64,000 nt of DNA from an uncultured Dehalococcoidales bacterium (GTDB lineage: Bacteria; Chloroflexota; Dehalococcoidia; E44-bin15), in contig CAYRYW010000009.1 of NCBI GenBank assembly GCA_964428725.1, forward strand, positions 468 through 64,467. The letters run 5' to 3'. Position 1 is the stretch's first letter. Each line of letters opens with the position of its first letter. The translations under genes were made by a program, and so were the position numbers. A model generated the notes under the pieces. It was not told the origin of the DNA, did no database searches, and was given only the letters and a program-made list of their open reading frames with translations. Below, in pieces: positions 15,357 through 24,230 of this stretch.

Positions 15357-16985
15357 TCATATCCCGGCGAACAGGGGCAGGGAGGACAGGCCGTCTTCCT
15401 CTGGGTCTGTCTGTATACCCCCCTCCTTTCCCATCTCCGCCTTTTTAAGGTTCAGCGTCTTGGCCGCGTGCTCCTGGAGATATTCCTCGCTGAGATCGAC
15501 GCCTACAAAGGAGATCGGGCCCTTGACTCTGCGGGCGGCTGCACCCGTTCTGGCGGTTCCGGCGAATGGGTCCAGGACAATTGAGGGAGCAACCGGCCAT
15601 TCGTCGATGTTGTCCGGCCAGATGTCGCCCTCGATCACCCCTTCACCGCCACATTTTGGGCAGGGCTCCCCCGTTTCGACAGGTGGGACGTTGCTGAGCC
15701 CTCCCCTGCTGTCCCGCTGCGGCTGTCCATCCTTGGCGGTTCCGCTGGTCCAATCCTGGCCCCCCCGCAAGTACTTCATTCCTTTCCCCGTCCCCCCGCA
15801 TTTGGTGCAGGGGACAGGGCCCCGCTCGGGATGCCCATAGCACCCACAACCCGGAACCCAGCCGGCTGTCTGCGCCTGCCGAATGTCCCCCTGGCGGTAC
15901 CCGACAAAATTCAGCGCTTGGCCTCTCTTCGGTTGTCCCTCACTGTATGGGGCCGCCCCCCGCTGGTCCAGCATTTCTCTGGTCGTGGGGCCCCGCTTCT
16001 CTACCACTCGTTCCCAGGGAGTGCCGCATTCAGGACAGACCCCCCGTTTGGACAGGCTAGCTCGCAAACACAGCTCCGGAAGTCCTGTGGGAAAAGACGC
16101 GAAATGGGAGCCGGAGTAGGGCTCGGGGGGTATGATCCACACGCTCCTGAGATCGTGGGACCTGTTGCGCTTTTCCGGGTTCTTTTCGCTCCAGTCGATC
16201 CAATGGGCCCGTACCGCCTGCTCGTCATAGTGGTATTGTGGTCTCTTGGTAAGCATCAACACCTGCTCGTGGGTGAGGGTGGGGGCATCTGTGCGGCTCA
16301 TAGGCATAGCGCTGCCGTACCCGTCATCCCCCACATCCCCATCTCTGCCCTTTGCCCAGATATTGCAAATGCGCAGATACCAACCATCCGCCTGCAGGGC
16401 AAAGGCTGCCCTCCAGGGGACGCCCACCAAGTCCTTCTCCTTGAGGCCGGGGGGGACGTTTCTTGCTATATCTGAACTCATGGATCTTACATTGGTCTGG
16501 GACACTTGATGGCTTCGGTTGGCTGCGTAGGTGTCTCCCAGGTTTAGCCAGTAAATGCCATCGTCGCGCAATACTCGCCAGAATTCACGGGAGATGGCTA
16601 CCAGGTGGGCGATGTACATCTGTGGGGAGGGCTCTTGGCCCAGATGGCCCGACCATCCCCAGCACTTTTGGCAAAATCGGCCGGTAGAGACATCCATTAC
16701 TCTCCCCCGATCGGGCTGGAGGTCCCCCTCCTTCCTGGGCCCCCTCAGATGGAGCTTGCCCACATCTCCCCATTCGTGCTCGCATTCTGGGTCACAGCCG
16801 TGGATGTCGAATCGATCCAGCCCCGGCATCGGGCAGAAGTTCGGAACAGGGGGCCAGGCCCTGGGAGGCACTAGATACTCTCGGTGGGCCAGATATGGGG
16901 GAGAGGTACAAATGGCGTGTACACTTTTGTCGGCCAGGCCCAAGCGCAGGCTGTGGCCCTGTAGCAGCACTCGGTCAGTTAGCAT
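15357..16985 (-). CDS. DNA methyltransferase (N6-adenine/N4-cytosine type, beta order) with zinc-finger insertions
   Basis: Motif IV ICTSPPY is N-terminal and motif I LDPFAGTARTG is C-terminal. Internal zinc motifs are CPECGTPW, CTKCGGTGKG and CPKCGGEGV. Confidence 0.8.
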   Translation of the reverse strand: MLTDRVLLQGHSLRLGLADKSVHAICTSPPYLAHREYLVPPRAWPPVPNFCPMPGLDRFDIHGCDPECEHEWGDVGKLHLRGPRKEGDLQPDRGRVMDVSTGRFCQKCWGWSGHLGQEPSPQMYIAHLVAISREFWRVLRDDGIYWLNLGDTYAANRSHQVSQTNVRSMSSDIARNVPPGLKEKDLVGVPWRAAFALQADGWYLRICNIWAKGRDGDVGDDGYGSAMPMSRTDAPTLTHEQVLMLTKRPQYHYDEQAVRAHWIDWSEKNPEKRNRSHDLRSVWIIPPEPYSGSHFASFPTGLPELCLRASLSKRGVCPECGTPWERVVEKRGPTTREMLDQRGAAPYSEGQPKRGQALNFVGYRQGDIRQAQTAGWVPGCGCYGHPERGPVPCTKCGGTGKGMKYLRGGQDWTSGTAKDGQPQRDSRGGLSNVPPVETGEPCPKCGGEGVIEGDIWPDNIDEWPVAPSIVLDPFAGTARTGAAARRVKGPISFVGVDLSEEYLQEHAAKTLNLKKAEMGKEGGIQTDPEEDGLSSLPLFAGI

Positions 16986-18777
16986 CTGGTGGGTACCACC
17001 TTTCCCAGTCTACAACCATCCTGACCGGTGGGTCTGTTCTCTTGGATAGCCACGCGGGGTACGCATCGATCATCGCCTGGGCGATCTCCTCCTTGATGCC
17101 CCTGTCGAGATCCTCTCTGGATAGCTCGCCCTCTATGCTGTCGTGGATCTGCAAAAGAAGCCGGCTGCTGGTTCCGGCCATCAACCGATCCACGGCCAAC
17201 ATGGCGTCCTTCATCATCTCTGCCACACCGCCCTGAATCAATTGATTAAAGGCCTTATACGCTCGATCCTTCTCATTGCCCCCCAGCCATCTCCTCCTGC
17301 CAGATAGCAATTTCAGCCAACCCCTGTCTACCCACACCCTCTCGGTGGTTCTCTGAGCGTGGGCTATTCCGGGAAAGGCCCGGCGGTGGCGTCTGATCAC
17401 CTCTTTGGCATCCTCGTACGGCAGCCCCGTGGATACAGACAGGGCCCCGGCCCCTCCACCGTAAGAAATAGTGTAGTTGGCACCTTTGCCGTATTGTCGT
17501 TTTATCCTATCGATCTCCTCACCGGGCCACATCTCTCTGGCGGTTTCCTTGTGGACGTCCTTGCCCTTGTGGAAAGATTGTGCCATGACCGCGCTCTGGG
17601 CATATGAGGTGAGCATCCGAAGCTCAGCCTGCCCATAATCCACTGCCCACAACTCCGACCCACCCGGGGCCAGAAACAGGCCCCCCATGCTGCCAAAGCT
17701 GGCTCCCCTGTCGCTCATGGGGATAGCCTGGAGATTGGGGCTCCTGCAGCTCAAGCGTCCGCTGATGGTGCCGGCCGCGTGGAATCGGGGATGCAGCCGG
17801 CCATCGTCCGCCACCTTGTCGAGGAACCCCTCCAGCCAAGTGGAGATGGCTTTATCGAAACCCCTCCACTCCAAAAGAACCCCGGCCAGGGGATCATCCA
17901 AAGACACTAAGGAGTCCTCGTCTATGCGGGGATTTCCCTTCTCTGTCAGAGGTAGTTTGGCTCCCCTGTCACGGAATAGGGAAATCACCTCCGATCGAGA
18001 AGCCGGGTTCTGCAATCCTTCCCCTTTTAGTCTGGCAGCCGCCTCCTCCCTCTTTCGGGTCAGAATGCCCATCTGCTCCTGCACCCATCCGGAATTCAAG
18101 AGAATGCCCGTTAACTGCATCCTGGTTAGAAGCTTCCCAAAGGCGGACTCTCTGCGCAGTAGGTGACTCAAGGTGTCTGGTTCATCGTAGGCCTTGGCCG
18201 CCTCCTCCAGGAGAACGAGGCCCAAGCGCAGGGTGTATTCAGCATCTGCCCGTCCGTAGCGCTCCACCTTCTCAGCGGGCATCATAGCAAATTGCCCTCG
18301 ATTGTTCTTCATCGAAGCCACATCGGCCGGCATTCCACCCAGGAGCCTGGCAGACAGATGCTTCAACGAGGTGGACTCTTTGTGATTGAAAGGAACGGCG
18401 ATACGAGATAGGGTTTGGGTATCCACCAGTTGGCTGTCGGAGGGCCATTCCCCAGGCTGCATGTAGTCCCAACGGGCCAGACGCTCTAGATCGAATAGCG
18501 CGTTGTGCATAAAGAACCGCTCGGGGTTTCTGGCAGCCTGGATTATCGCCCGAATTCCTTCAAGGGGGTGCCTGGGAAAGAACAGCGATGGGGGATGCCC
18601 CGCGTTCAGGTACAGGCTGTCTATCTCCCCCTCTTTCAACCAGCTAATGCCGATGCCAAGTATCCGATCGTCGAAATCCAGACCCGTGGTTTCTGTGTCT
18701 ACTGCTACTGCGTCGGCCCCAGAGATTTCAGTTATCAGCTCTGGGGTTATCCCCCTGTGATCTATGCTCTCTAGCAC
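16975..18777 (-). CDS. polA: family-A DNA polymerase with 3'-5' exonuclease domain (DpoZ candidate)
   Basis: Exo I AVDTETTGL, Exo II HNALFDL, Exo III YGRADAEY. Pol motif A VDYGQAELRML, motif B RQYGKGANYTISYG, motif C LQIHDSIE. GTG start after GAGGAGGAG. Confidence 0.9.
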   Translation of the reverse strand: MLESIDHRGITPELITEISGADAVAVDTETTGLDFDDRILGIGISWLKEGEIDSLYLNAGHPPSLFFPRHPLEGIRAIIQAARNPERFFMHNALFDLERLARWDYMQPGEWPSDSQLVDTQTLSRIAVPFNHKESTSLKHLSARLLGGMPADVASMKNNRGQFAMMPAEKVERYGRADAEYTLRLGLVLLEEAAKAYDEPDTLSHLLRRESAFGKLLTRMQLTGILLNSGWVQEQMGILTRKREEAAARLKGEGLQNPASRSEVISLFRDRGAKLPLTEKGNPRIDEDSLVSLDDPLAGVLLEWRGFDKAISTWLEGFLDKVADDGRLHPRFHAAGTISGRLSCRSPNLQAIPMSDRGASFGSMGGLFLAPGGSELWAVDYGQAELRMLTSYAQSAVMAQSFHKGKDVHKETAREMWPGEEIDRIKRQYGKGANYTISYGGGAGALSVSTGLPYEDAKEVIRRHRRAFPGIAHAQRTTERVWVDRGWLKLLSGRRRWLGGNEKDRAYKAFNQLIQGGVAEMMKDAMLAVDRLMAGTSSRLLLQIHDSIEGELSREDLDRGIKEEIAQAMIDAYPAWLSKRTDPPVRMVVDWERWYPPDAN

Positions 18778-19261
18778 CTGTCTCCTCCTCGATATAGCCC
18801 TCTAATTCTGCTGCTGCTGCTTTGACTTCCTCAGACCCTCCAGGCAAAATGGTGGGGAGGTACCACCGTTCCCTCCTCTCCTCCCATTCTTGCACTGCTT
18901 GGAGTATGGCCCATACCCTCAAGCTCCCCAATATGGGAGAAGGCCCCACTCCACCTCCACTGCAGGTTCCCTTCCTCAACCCACCAAGATGGTCGGGCCC
19001 ACTTGGGTGGGAAGCATCCGATGGCCAAACGTGGATAGTGCAGGAGCATCCATCTGTGGGGTCTATCCATGTCCCCACAACCTGGAAGGCCCAGCCAATT
19101 TCGGCGGATGCACGGCGCACTTGGGCTCTTCTGGCCCTAAATTGGCGGCCCCTAATAATGATGCTGGCCCCCGCGTTTGATAGAGGAACCACCGAATCGC
19201 CGGGCTGCAGGATTCCCGAGATCTCAATGGGCAGGGGGCCTTTAGTTTGAGAATGACCCAT
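18728..19261 (-). CDS. hypothetical protein
   Basis: 177-codon ORF whose 3' end overlaps the polymerase start by 50 nt. Confidence 0.4.
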   Translation of the reverse strand: MGHSQTKGPLPIEISGILQPGDSVVPLSNAGASIIIRGRQFRARRAQVRRASAEIGWAFQVVGTWIDPTDGCSCTIHVWPSDASHPSGPDHLGGLRKGTCSGGGVGPSPILGSLRVWAILQAVQEWEERRERWYLPTILPGGSEEVKAAAAELEGYIEEETGAREHRSQGDNPRADN

Positions 19262-19619
19262 CGGCCGCCTCCCATTGGTGTGCTTCCAGATCCGACTGTA
19301 GCCGGCCCTGCTCAGCCGAGGCGGCGACCTCGACCATCAACCGTTTCAACCCCGTCCAATCTCGATGGTTGACCAAGCTGTCGGGGGCTTTGTCCAGAAT
19401 CTCCCTGGCCCTGATAAATGCCTGCCTGGCCAAGCCATTGAATGATAGAACCCGCAACGCATCGTCATCTCTGGCCAGGGCCATGGCCCTCTCTATCTCT
19501 CCCTGCAGTCTCTCCGGGCCCGCGACGCGCTCGTGGCCCTCCTCATGCTGCTTCATCCAGGCCTCTGATTCCGACAATTCCCCGCACACCCCGCATCGGT
19601 ATGCCACAATCTGTTTCAT
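19242..19619 (-). CDS. hypothetical protein with N-terminal CxxC motif
   Basis: The ATG at 19619 overlaps the upstream stop (ATGA). Product begins MKQIVAYRCGVCGE... The track ORF extends to 19703. Confidence 0.45.
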   Translation of the reverse strand: MKQIVAYRCGVCGELSESEAWMKQHEEGHERVAGPERLQGEIERAMALARDDDALRVLSFNGLARQAFIRAREILDKAPDSLVNHRDWTGLKRLMVEVAASAEQGRLQSDLEAHQWEAADGSFSN

Positions 19620-20086
19620 CGCTCGGCTCCCTTCCTGCCTCCCATCCCCTTCGGCCAATCCGGGATGTACTCCACCCTGATGCCCCGGCCGATGGTTCCC
19701 CAACGCTTGGCAGTCTCAAAGTCCACCTCCGCCACAATGCCGCCACCTACCATCCATTCCCAACCGGATCTGGGGTCCTGCTCACTCTGATGGTCGCTCC
19801 TGCTGGCACAATCTATCACCAAGAATCTTTCCCAGGTCTGGGCCCCCTCCGGTCTTAGAAGCCAAATTCCACCGATGTCGGGGCATTCCCTCACAGCGAT
19901 GAACCCGTCAACCTCGGGGAGGTTGGCTGGGAGAGTGGCCGCAGTCCTGCCCCCTTGTCGAACAGCGATAACCCGCTCCGCTACCCCTGGGCCGTATTGG
20001 GACGCCCAGCCCGTCAGAATCAGGAAGGCCAGGGCCGCCTCTTTCACCGCTCCAGCTCCCACAGCAACTCGCTTCCCTTCTCCCAT
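19616..20086 (-). CDS. RlpA-like (double-psi beta-barrel) protein
   Basis: 156 codons. GWASQYGPG resembles the G-x-A-S-x-Y-G signature of RlpA/expansin-like DPBB domains. Confidence 0.45.
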   Translation of the reverse strand: MGEGKRVAVGAGAVKEAALAFLILTGWASQYGPGVAERVIAVRQGGRTAATLPANLPEVDGFIAVRECPDIGGIWLLRPEGAQTWERFLVIDCASRSDHQSEQDPRSGWEWMVGGGIVAEVDFETAKRWGTIGRGIRVEYIPDWPKGMGGRKGAER

Positions 20087-20313
20087 TCTTCAGGCATGTT
20101 CGCACTATCTGGGAACTGCCATAGGAATAAACGCACTTGATCCCCCAATCGGCGGAGCTCTGCCCGTTGCAACCCCCGTGCCCGACCCGCAGTTGGGGTA
20201 TAAAACGTGGCCTGAATGCCCAGAGCCTCATGGCCCTCGATCGGTTCAATATCCAGAATAGCCGGCCATCCACTGCCCACCCGGACGTGATCGAAGTCTA
20301 CATAGCTAGCCAT
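20044..20313 (-). CDS. hypothetical protein
   Basis: 89-codon ORF in the operon. Confidence 0.4.
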   Translation of the reverse strand: MASYVDFDHVRVGSGWPAILDIEPIEGHEALGIQATFYTPTAGRARGLQRAELRRLGDQVRLFLWQFPDSANMPEEWEKGSELLWELER

Positions 20314-20482
20314 CTTGCGTGTCCTCCTCTATCGTCGCCTCAACAATCTCCGAGACTTCCATTATGGCCTCTGCCAGAGCATTGGCATACTCCAGCTCCG
20401 CCACGATCTCTTGAACCATTTGCGCCGTCTCCTCCGGAGTGGGGCCCGGAGGATCACCGACGGCACAGCATAAAAGCAGCAT
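20306..20482 (-). CDS. small acidic hypothetical protein (58 aa)
   Basis: C-terminal part of track ORF 20306..20749, from the internal ATG. The upstream part of that ORF looks non-coding and competes with 20454..20687. Confidence 0.3.
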   Translation of the reverse strand: MLLLCCAVGDPPGPTPEETAQMVQEIVAELEYANALAEAIMEVSEIVEATIEEDTQDG

Positions 20483-20687
20483 GGCCGGGTTTGACAAAGG
20501 TATTAGCAGAGGTTGGGTGTGGGCGGAAACCCAACTTTTGCAGCCGGGCAAGGACAAATTCCCTGCTCGTTTGATGCCCCTTTCCCACAACTCTAGTAGT
20601 GCGGATGGGGATCTTGCCCAATACGCTAATAGTCTTTTGCTTCCCGGTGGGCAGGCCCTTCGGCCTCCGTGCCAATTGTCTATGCAT
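20454..20687 (-). CDS. small basic hypothetical protein (possible DNA-binding)
   Basis: 77 codons, K/R-rich (RRPKGLPTGKQKTISVLGKIPIRTTRVVGKGH). Confidence 0.35.
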   Translation of the reverse strand: MHRQLARRPKGLPTGKQKTISVLGKIPIRTTRVVGKGHQTSREFVLARLQKLGFRPHPTSANTFVKPGHAAFMLCRR

Positions 20688-20922
20688 CGTTTTGCTCCTG
20701 TAAGAATGTCAACGTGCTCCCTAGGGCTGCAATCAGGTGAGATTTGCAAACGATAATCCCCCCAGACTGCATGGCCAATTGCTCTGCAGTGCGGGCAGCA
20801 GCAATCAGCTCCTCCGGCGACAGACCGCCTTCCAGTTTGCTCAGAATCCAGCGGGCGTCTCTGGTTACGGGAAGGTCTAAGTTATCTATGCCCCCAACAG
20901 GCTCTTGATTCTGCTCAGCCAT
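20680..20922 (-). CDS. hypothetical protein
   Basis: 80-codon ORF. Confidence 0.4.
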   Translation of the reverse strand: MAEQNQEPVGGIDNLDLPVTRDARWILSKLEGGLSPEELIAAARTAEQLAMQSGGIIVCKSHLIAALGSTLTFLQEQNDA

Positions 20923-21485
20923 TTTGGCCCCCTTGTCTCTTCCTTCGGCAGTAGAGCGCTTTCGGCCGCCAATTTCCGGATGACTTCTAGCATCAACCTC
21001 CCGGTGGATGCCTGCGGAGCGTCTATCTCCAGCTCTTCGCTTAGGGCCAGGCGTTCAGCGGATGCCTCCTCCGGAACCGGATCGAGGTCTCGATGCTCCC
21101 GCCCCATCCGCCTTAGTCCCTCCTCAATGTGGCCCTTAGATACCGCCCCCGACCCATCCTCAGCGGATGCCGACGTTGCCCACTCTACAATGGCCATTAG
21201 ACTATTCCCGGAAAAGTGGCTTCGGATGGTGTCCAGGAGCATCTGGGCAGACCCAGACAGTTCCCGCTCCTGGAGCCTTCTGGTGGCCCCCCCTGAGGGA
21301 GATACGCGCACTCGTTCTCCCTTGCGGCGGTTTCCATTCTCTTGGGCCATCTGCTCCATCTCTTTCGACCTGGTAATGGTCCAACGGGCCCCATCATCCG
21401 CCACCCATTCCAAAGACACGGCCTCCTGTTTGGCTCTCCGTGCTCCTGTCACCATCTGTATCACCTCCCGTATGTCTCGAAACAT
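20886..21485 (-). CDS. hypothetical protein
   Basis: 199-codon ORF. Confidence 0.45.
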   Translation of the reverse strand: MFRDIREVIQMVTGARRAKQEAVSLEWVADDGARWTITRSKEMEQMAQENGNRRKGERVRVSPSGGATRRLQERELSGSAQMLLDTIRSHFSGNSLMAIVEWATSASAEDGSGAVSKGHIEEGLRRMGREHRDLDPVPEEASAERLALSEELEIDAPQASTGRLMLEVIRKLAAESALLPKEETRGPKWLSRIKSLLGA

Positions 21486-21658
21486 CTGTCTATGCAGTCA
21501 CACCAATCCCATGGCGCGTCATACGCATCGCACGACCCCTTGCACGACTCCAGGTCATGCACCCCCGGCGCTCCGGGCCCTCCCCTTGGCACGCCACAGG
21601 CAGTCAATAGTGCCAGCAGCGCCAACAGTGTGACCAGGGCCTTAGTCAAAGTTTTCAT
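21461..21658 (-). CDS. small Cys-rich lipoprotein
   Basis: Signal peptide plus lipobox MKTLTKALVTLLALLALLTAC. The mature part has 5 further Cys. Confidence 0.55.
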   Translation of the reverse strand: MKTLTKALVTLLALLALLTACGVPRGGPGAPGVHDLESCKGSCDAYDAPWDWCDCIDRCFETYGR

Positions 21659-21962
21659 TCCAATTTTCCCCCCTCCATCCGTTCAGAGGAACCGAGAGCT
21701 TGGCCCCAAGCACCAACAAACAGCACTGCGCCTGGTATCTGTTGCCGTATCCATCGACCACCCAATCGAACTGTCCAGGGATGCCCCGATTGATCTCCAA
21801 GCTGCACACGATCACATCCTTGATTGGGCCAGCGGCCCCTCTATACTGGCAAACCCGCTGGTCGTACCCGTCATCATCCAGATATCCGTACACAGCAACG
21901 GCATCATATAACCAGATAGCATTCCCGATCAGATCCACGGCGTACTCTCGAAAGATGCCCAT
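21642..21962 (-). CDS. hypothetical protein
   Basis: 106-codon ORF. Confidence 0.4.
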   Translation of the reverse strand: MGIFREYAVDLIGNAIWLYDAVAVYGYLDDDGYDQRVCQYRGAAGPIKDVIVCSLEINRGIPGQFDWVVDGYGNRYQAQCCLLVLGAKLSVPLNGWRGENWNENFD

Positions 21963-21965
21963 GTC

Positions 21966-22244
21966 TCACCTTGTGGGAGTCAGATCTCGACGGTAGACAT
22001 ATCCCAGCTTCTCCGCCTGTTGCCTGCACTCTTGGGCAGTTACGCTGTTGCCCTCAGAGTCTGTCCCGATATGACACACACGAATCCGGTAGGGCTTGAC
22101 GTTTCCGTCCTCTGCACGGATATCTGCCCCCGGCCCCAAGGTGTAGACGGGCATGGGGTGATACTGGAATCCACAGAAATAGCACTCATCCATCGATAAT
22201 TCCCCCCTAACGGTGGCCGTACATCGAATTGGCCACCCTGGCAT
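21966..22244 (-). CDS. hypothetical protein
   Basis: 92-codon ORF. Confidence 0.45.
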   Translation of the reverse strand: MPGWPIRCTATVRGELSMDECYFCGFQYHPMPVYTLGPGADIRAEDGNVKPYRIRVCHIGTDSEGNSVTAQECRQQAEKLGYVYRRDLTPTR

Positions 22245-22488
22245 AATGCTTCAACGTGCCGGCAATAACCCTGACATCGCTAAAAGCCAGGGTGCCGCGT
22301 GGGATGAGAACCACGCCCTTTGCAAAGTCTATGGTGACAGTGCGTATCTCCGGGAGCCCGGCTGGGGTCGCCGCCCAATCTTGGAGACTGACGCTTGCCT
22401 CCCCCAGAATCGGCACTTGTATCTGGCCCCCGTTATCCTCCAGTCTGCGGTGTTGGGCCTCCAGCTCGAGATCAGTGGGATCCGTCAT
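22207..22488 (-). CDS. hypothetical protein
   Basis: 93-codon ORF. Confidence 0.4.
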   Translation of the reverse strand: MTDPTDLELEAQHRRLEDNGGQIQVPILGEASVSLQDWAATPAGLPEIRTVTIDFAKGVVLIPRGTLAFSDVRVIAGTLKHYARVANSMYGHR

Positions 22489-22702
22489 GATCCTCCTCAG
22501 TCAACCAATCCACTATTTGGTCTGCTAATTCCTCCGCCGTCCCGATACCGGCACTGACGAAGAAGCCGGCCGCGATCAGGAGGAGTATAATAACAACGAG
22601 CCCCAGCCCGAAAGCATCCCCTCCCATCATCGCCCTCCTACGGTTGGCAAATCCGGGCGACCCCCTGTATTTGCCGATGCCGAAGCGGCTGCAGCTTCCC
22701 AT
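22472..22702 (-). CDS. small membrane protein
   Basis: 76 codons with a central hydrophobic helix FGLGLVVIILLLIAAGFFV. Confidence 0.4.
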   Translation of the reverse strand: MGSCSRFGIGKYRGSPGFANRRRAMMGGDAFGLGLVVIILLLIAAGFFVSAGIGTAEELADQIVDWLTEEDHDGSH

Positions 22703-22821
22703 TTGCTCCTGGAATCCGGGCGGGACGGGTCGTCAAAATATCCATTGCCCCTCAACCTGTCCAGCGTTGCTCTATGCTGGCCGAATTCTGCCAATGCTCT
22801 TTTGGCATCCTGAATGTTCAT
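22627..22821 (-). CDS. hypothetical protein
   Basis: 64-codon ORF. It overlaps the previous candidate, so only one of the two may be real over 22627-22702. Confidence 0.35.
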   Translation of the reverse strand: MNIQDAKRALAEFGQHRATLDRLRGNGYFDDPSRPDSRSKWEAAAASASANTGGRPDLPTVGGR

Positions 22822-23315
22822 CTATCTGCTCTCCTCTGTAGATCCTGACACTTCGGATAGTCTGCCCCAACCAATGCCATGCCGGCCAGAATCTGCGCGA
22901 AATACACGCGGGGGTTGCTGGCCCACCAGGGCGGAAGGTGGCTCCGTTCGATCACAAGGGGGTGCCTATTCAGGAACGACAATAGCTCTGCGTCTGTCAT
23001 GCGACGTACCAGCAGACCATTCGTTCTCAGTGGGCCGATTCGCCTAGAGATGGCCGGCCGCGATGGCCATGCCCCGGCCCGAATCCAACGGAAAGATCGC
23101 TCGATCTTGTGCTTGGCCACCACCAGTGAAGCGGCCACGAAGCTGTAGCGCAGGCGTCCCTTGCGATACACGCGCACTCGATAGCCAATGGGATGGGTTC
23201 GCAAATCGAAGCTGAGCTCCCCGCTCCCCCGTGGGGTGACGGTGGCCCGCGCTCCTTCTGTGGTAACTTCCCAACAGCGGCGCTGTAATGCCAATCTGGT
23301 CCACTTGATATCCAC
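22818..23315 (-). CDS. hypothetical protein sharing a domain with the 46054..46785 product
   Basis: GTG at 23315 after an AAGGAGGA RBS, 2 nt after the upstream stop (23318-23320). DIKWTR..GYRVRVYRKGRLRYS..AKHKIERSFRWIRAG parallels DIRWTR..GFRLQIKRNGRLRYD..AKQAFAGFLRRIQAG. Confidence 0.5.
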   Translation of the reverse strand: MDIKWTRLALQRRCWEVTTEGARATVTPRGSGELSFDLRTHPIGYRVRVYRKGRLRYSFVAASLVVAKHKIERSFRWIRAGAWPSRPAISRRIGPLRTNGLLVRRMTDAELLSFLNRHPLVIERSHLPPWWASNPRVYFAQILAGMALVGADYPKCQDLQRRADR

Positions 23316-23317
23316 AG

Positions 23318-23683
23318 TCAATCCTCCTTCATCTCCACCGTATAATGCGGGTCGAAATGCGGGGGACACCCATCTGGAGCTTCCGTCACAGACAGCCGGC
23401 TCCTCAAGGTGAGGGCCAACACACTGGTGAATTTCCAAGCGAGATACGTCTGCACGGGCTCCTTGACAAGCTGCGCCCGACGCATTACCACCTGGCCCCG
23501 ACAGTCCCCCACCTGAGGGTGCCCCCAAGTGAATCGTACCAGGCGGGTGTACGCACTAGCGGGGCCTTGCCCATCGTTCAAGAGCACGCTCACCTCCAGG
23601 CGTATTTCCGGTGGGGGCAAATGCCAGGTGAACCGGGCCGCCATGCCCCGCTCGATCTCTTTAGCTATCTCGTCATCTTTCAT
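23318..23683 (-). CDS. hypothetical protein
   Basis: 121-codon ORF. Confidence 0.45.
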   Translation of the reverse strand: MKDDEIAKEIERGMAARFTWHLPPPEIRLEVSVLLNDGQGPASAYTRLVRFTWGHPQVGDCRGQVVMRRAQLVKEPVQTYLAWKFTSVLALTLRSRLSVTEAPDGCPPHFDPHYTVEMKED

Positions 23684-23710
23684 GCTCGTCCCCTACGTGC
23701 TGCTCCTCGT

Positions 23711-23962
23711 TTAGATTGTGATAGTCACGGTTGCACCGTTTGCAAGCCTATATTCTTTTAGCCAATTCAGCATGTGCTTGAGAGTGGAATCGTAGCCGAA
23801 TCGGCCGAAATTGTGTGCGCTTCGCCCTTTGAGTTTCAAGCAAGGCGTTATTAATCCCCATCCCGAACAACGACGAAGGCTAAGCGTGTATGTTATGTCA
23901 TTGTGCTCAACCTTACCAATCACTCTGGTCTGCTGACCGTTAAGTGCCTGTTCGAGTGTCAT
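23711..23962 (-). CDS. hypothetical protein on a low-GC island
   Basis: 83-codon ORF with an AAGGAGAA RBS. The local GC is clearly below that of its neighbours. Confidence 0.5.
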   Translation of the reverse strand: MTLEQALNGQQTRVIGKVEHNDITYTLSLRRCSGWGLITPCLKLKGRSAHNFGRFGYDSTLKHMLNWLKEYRLANGATVTITI

Positions 23963-23992
23963 TTTCTCCTTAGATGGCTGGGCTCTGCCTTG

Positions 23993-24187
23993 CTAACCCA
24001 ACGGAACCGTAGCCCGCCGTCTCCACCAGTGCCTGACTGGCCGGCCGGGTACCTCCACTGTCTCGCCCATCCCGGCATCGTGGGTCCCGCTACCGCTCCC
24101 ATGGGCAATCTGGTGGGCATCGCGGGCAGCCTGCTCCTCGTCAGCAGACGCCTGCATCTCGTCCAGCATCTCGTCCCAATCCATCAT
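23993..24187 (-). CDS. small hypothetical protein (64 aa)
   Basis: ATG-ATG at 24187 after an AGGAGGTGG RBS. This is the last third of track ORF 23993..24712, the rest of which overlaps a better gene. Confidence 0.35.
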   Translation of the reverse strand: MMDWDEMLDEMQASADEEQAARDAHQIAHGSGSGTHDAGMGETVEVPGRPVRHWWRRRATVPLG

Positions 24188-24230
24188 TCCACCTCCTGTG
24201 CCCGATCCCGGTGTATTCGGTCCTCCTTGT

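Noticed and set aside
20306-20749. Full-length 147-codon ORF.
   Set aside because: The N-terminal 89 codons give an implausible Cys/Pro/Arg/Ser-rich sequence and compete with the basic 77-codon ORF 20454..20687. Only the C-terminal acidic part is kept, at low confidence.
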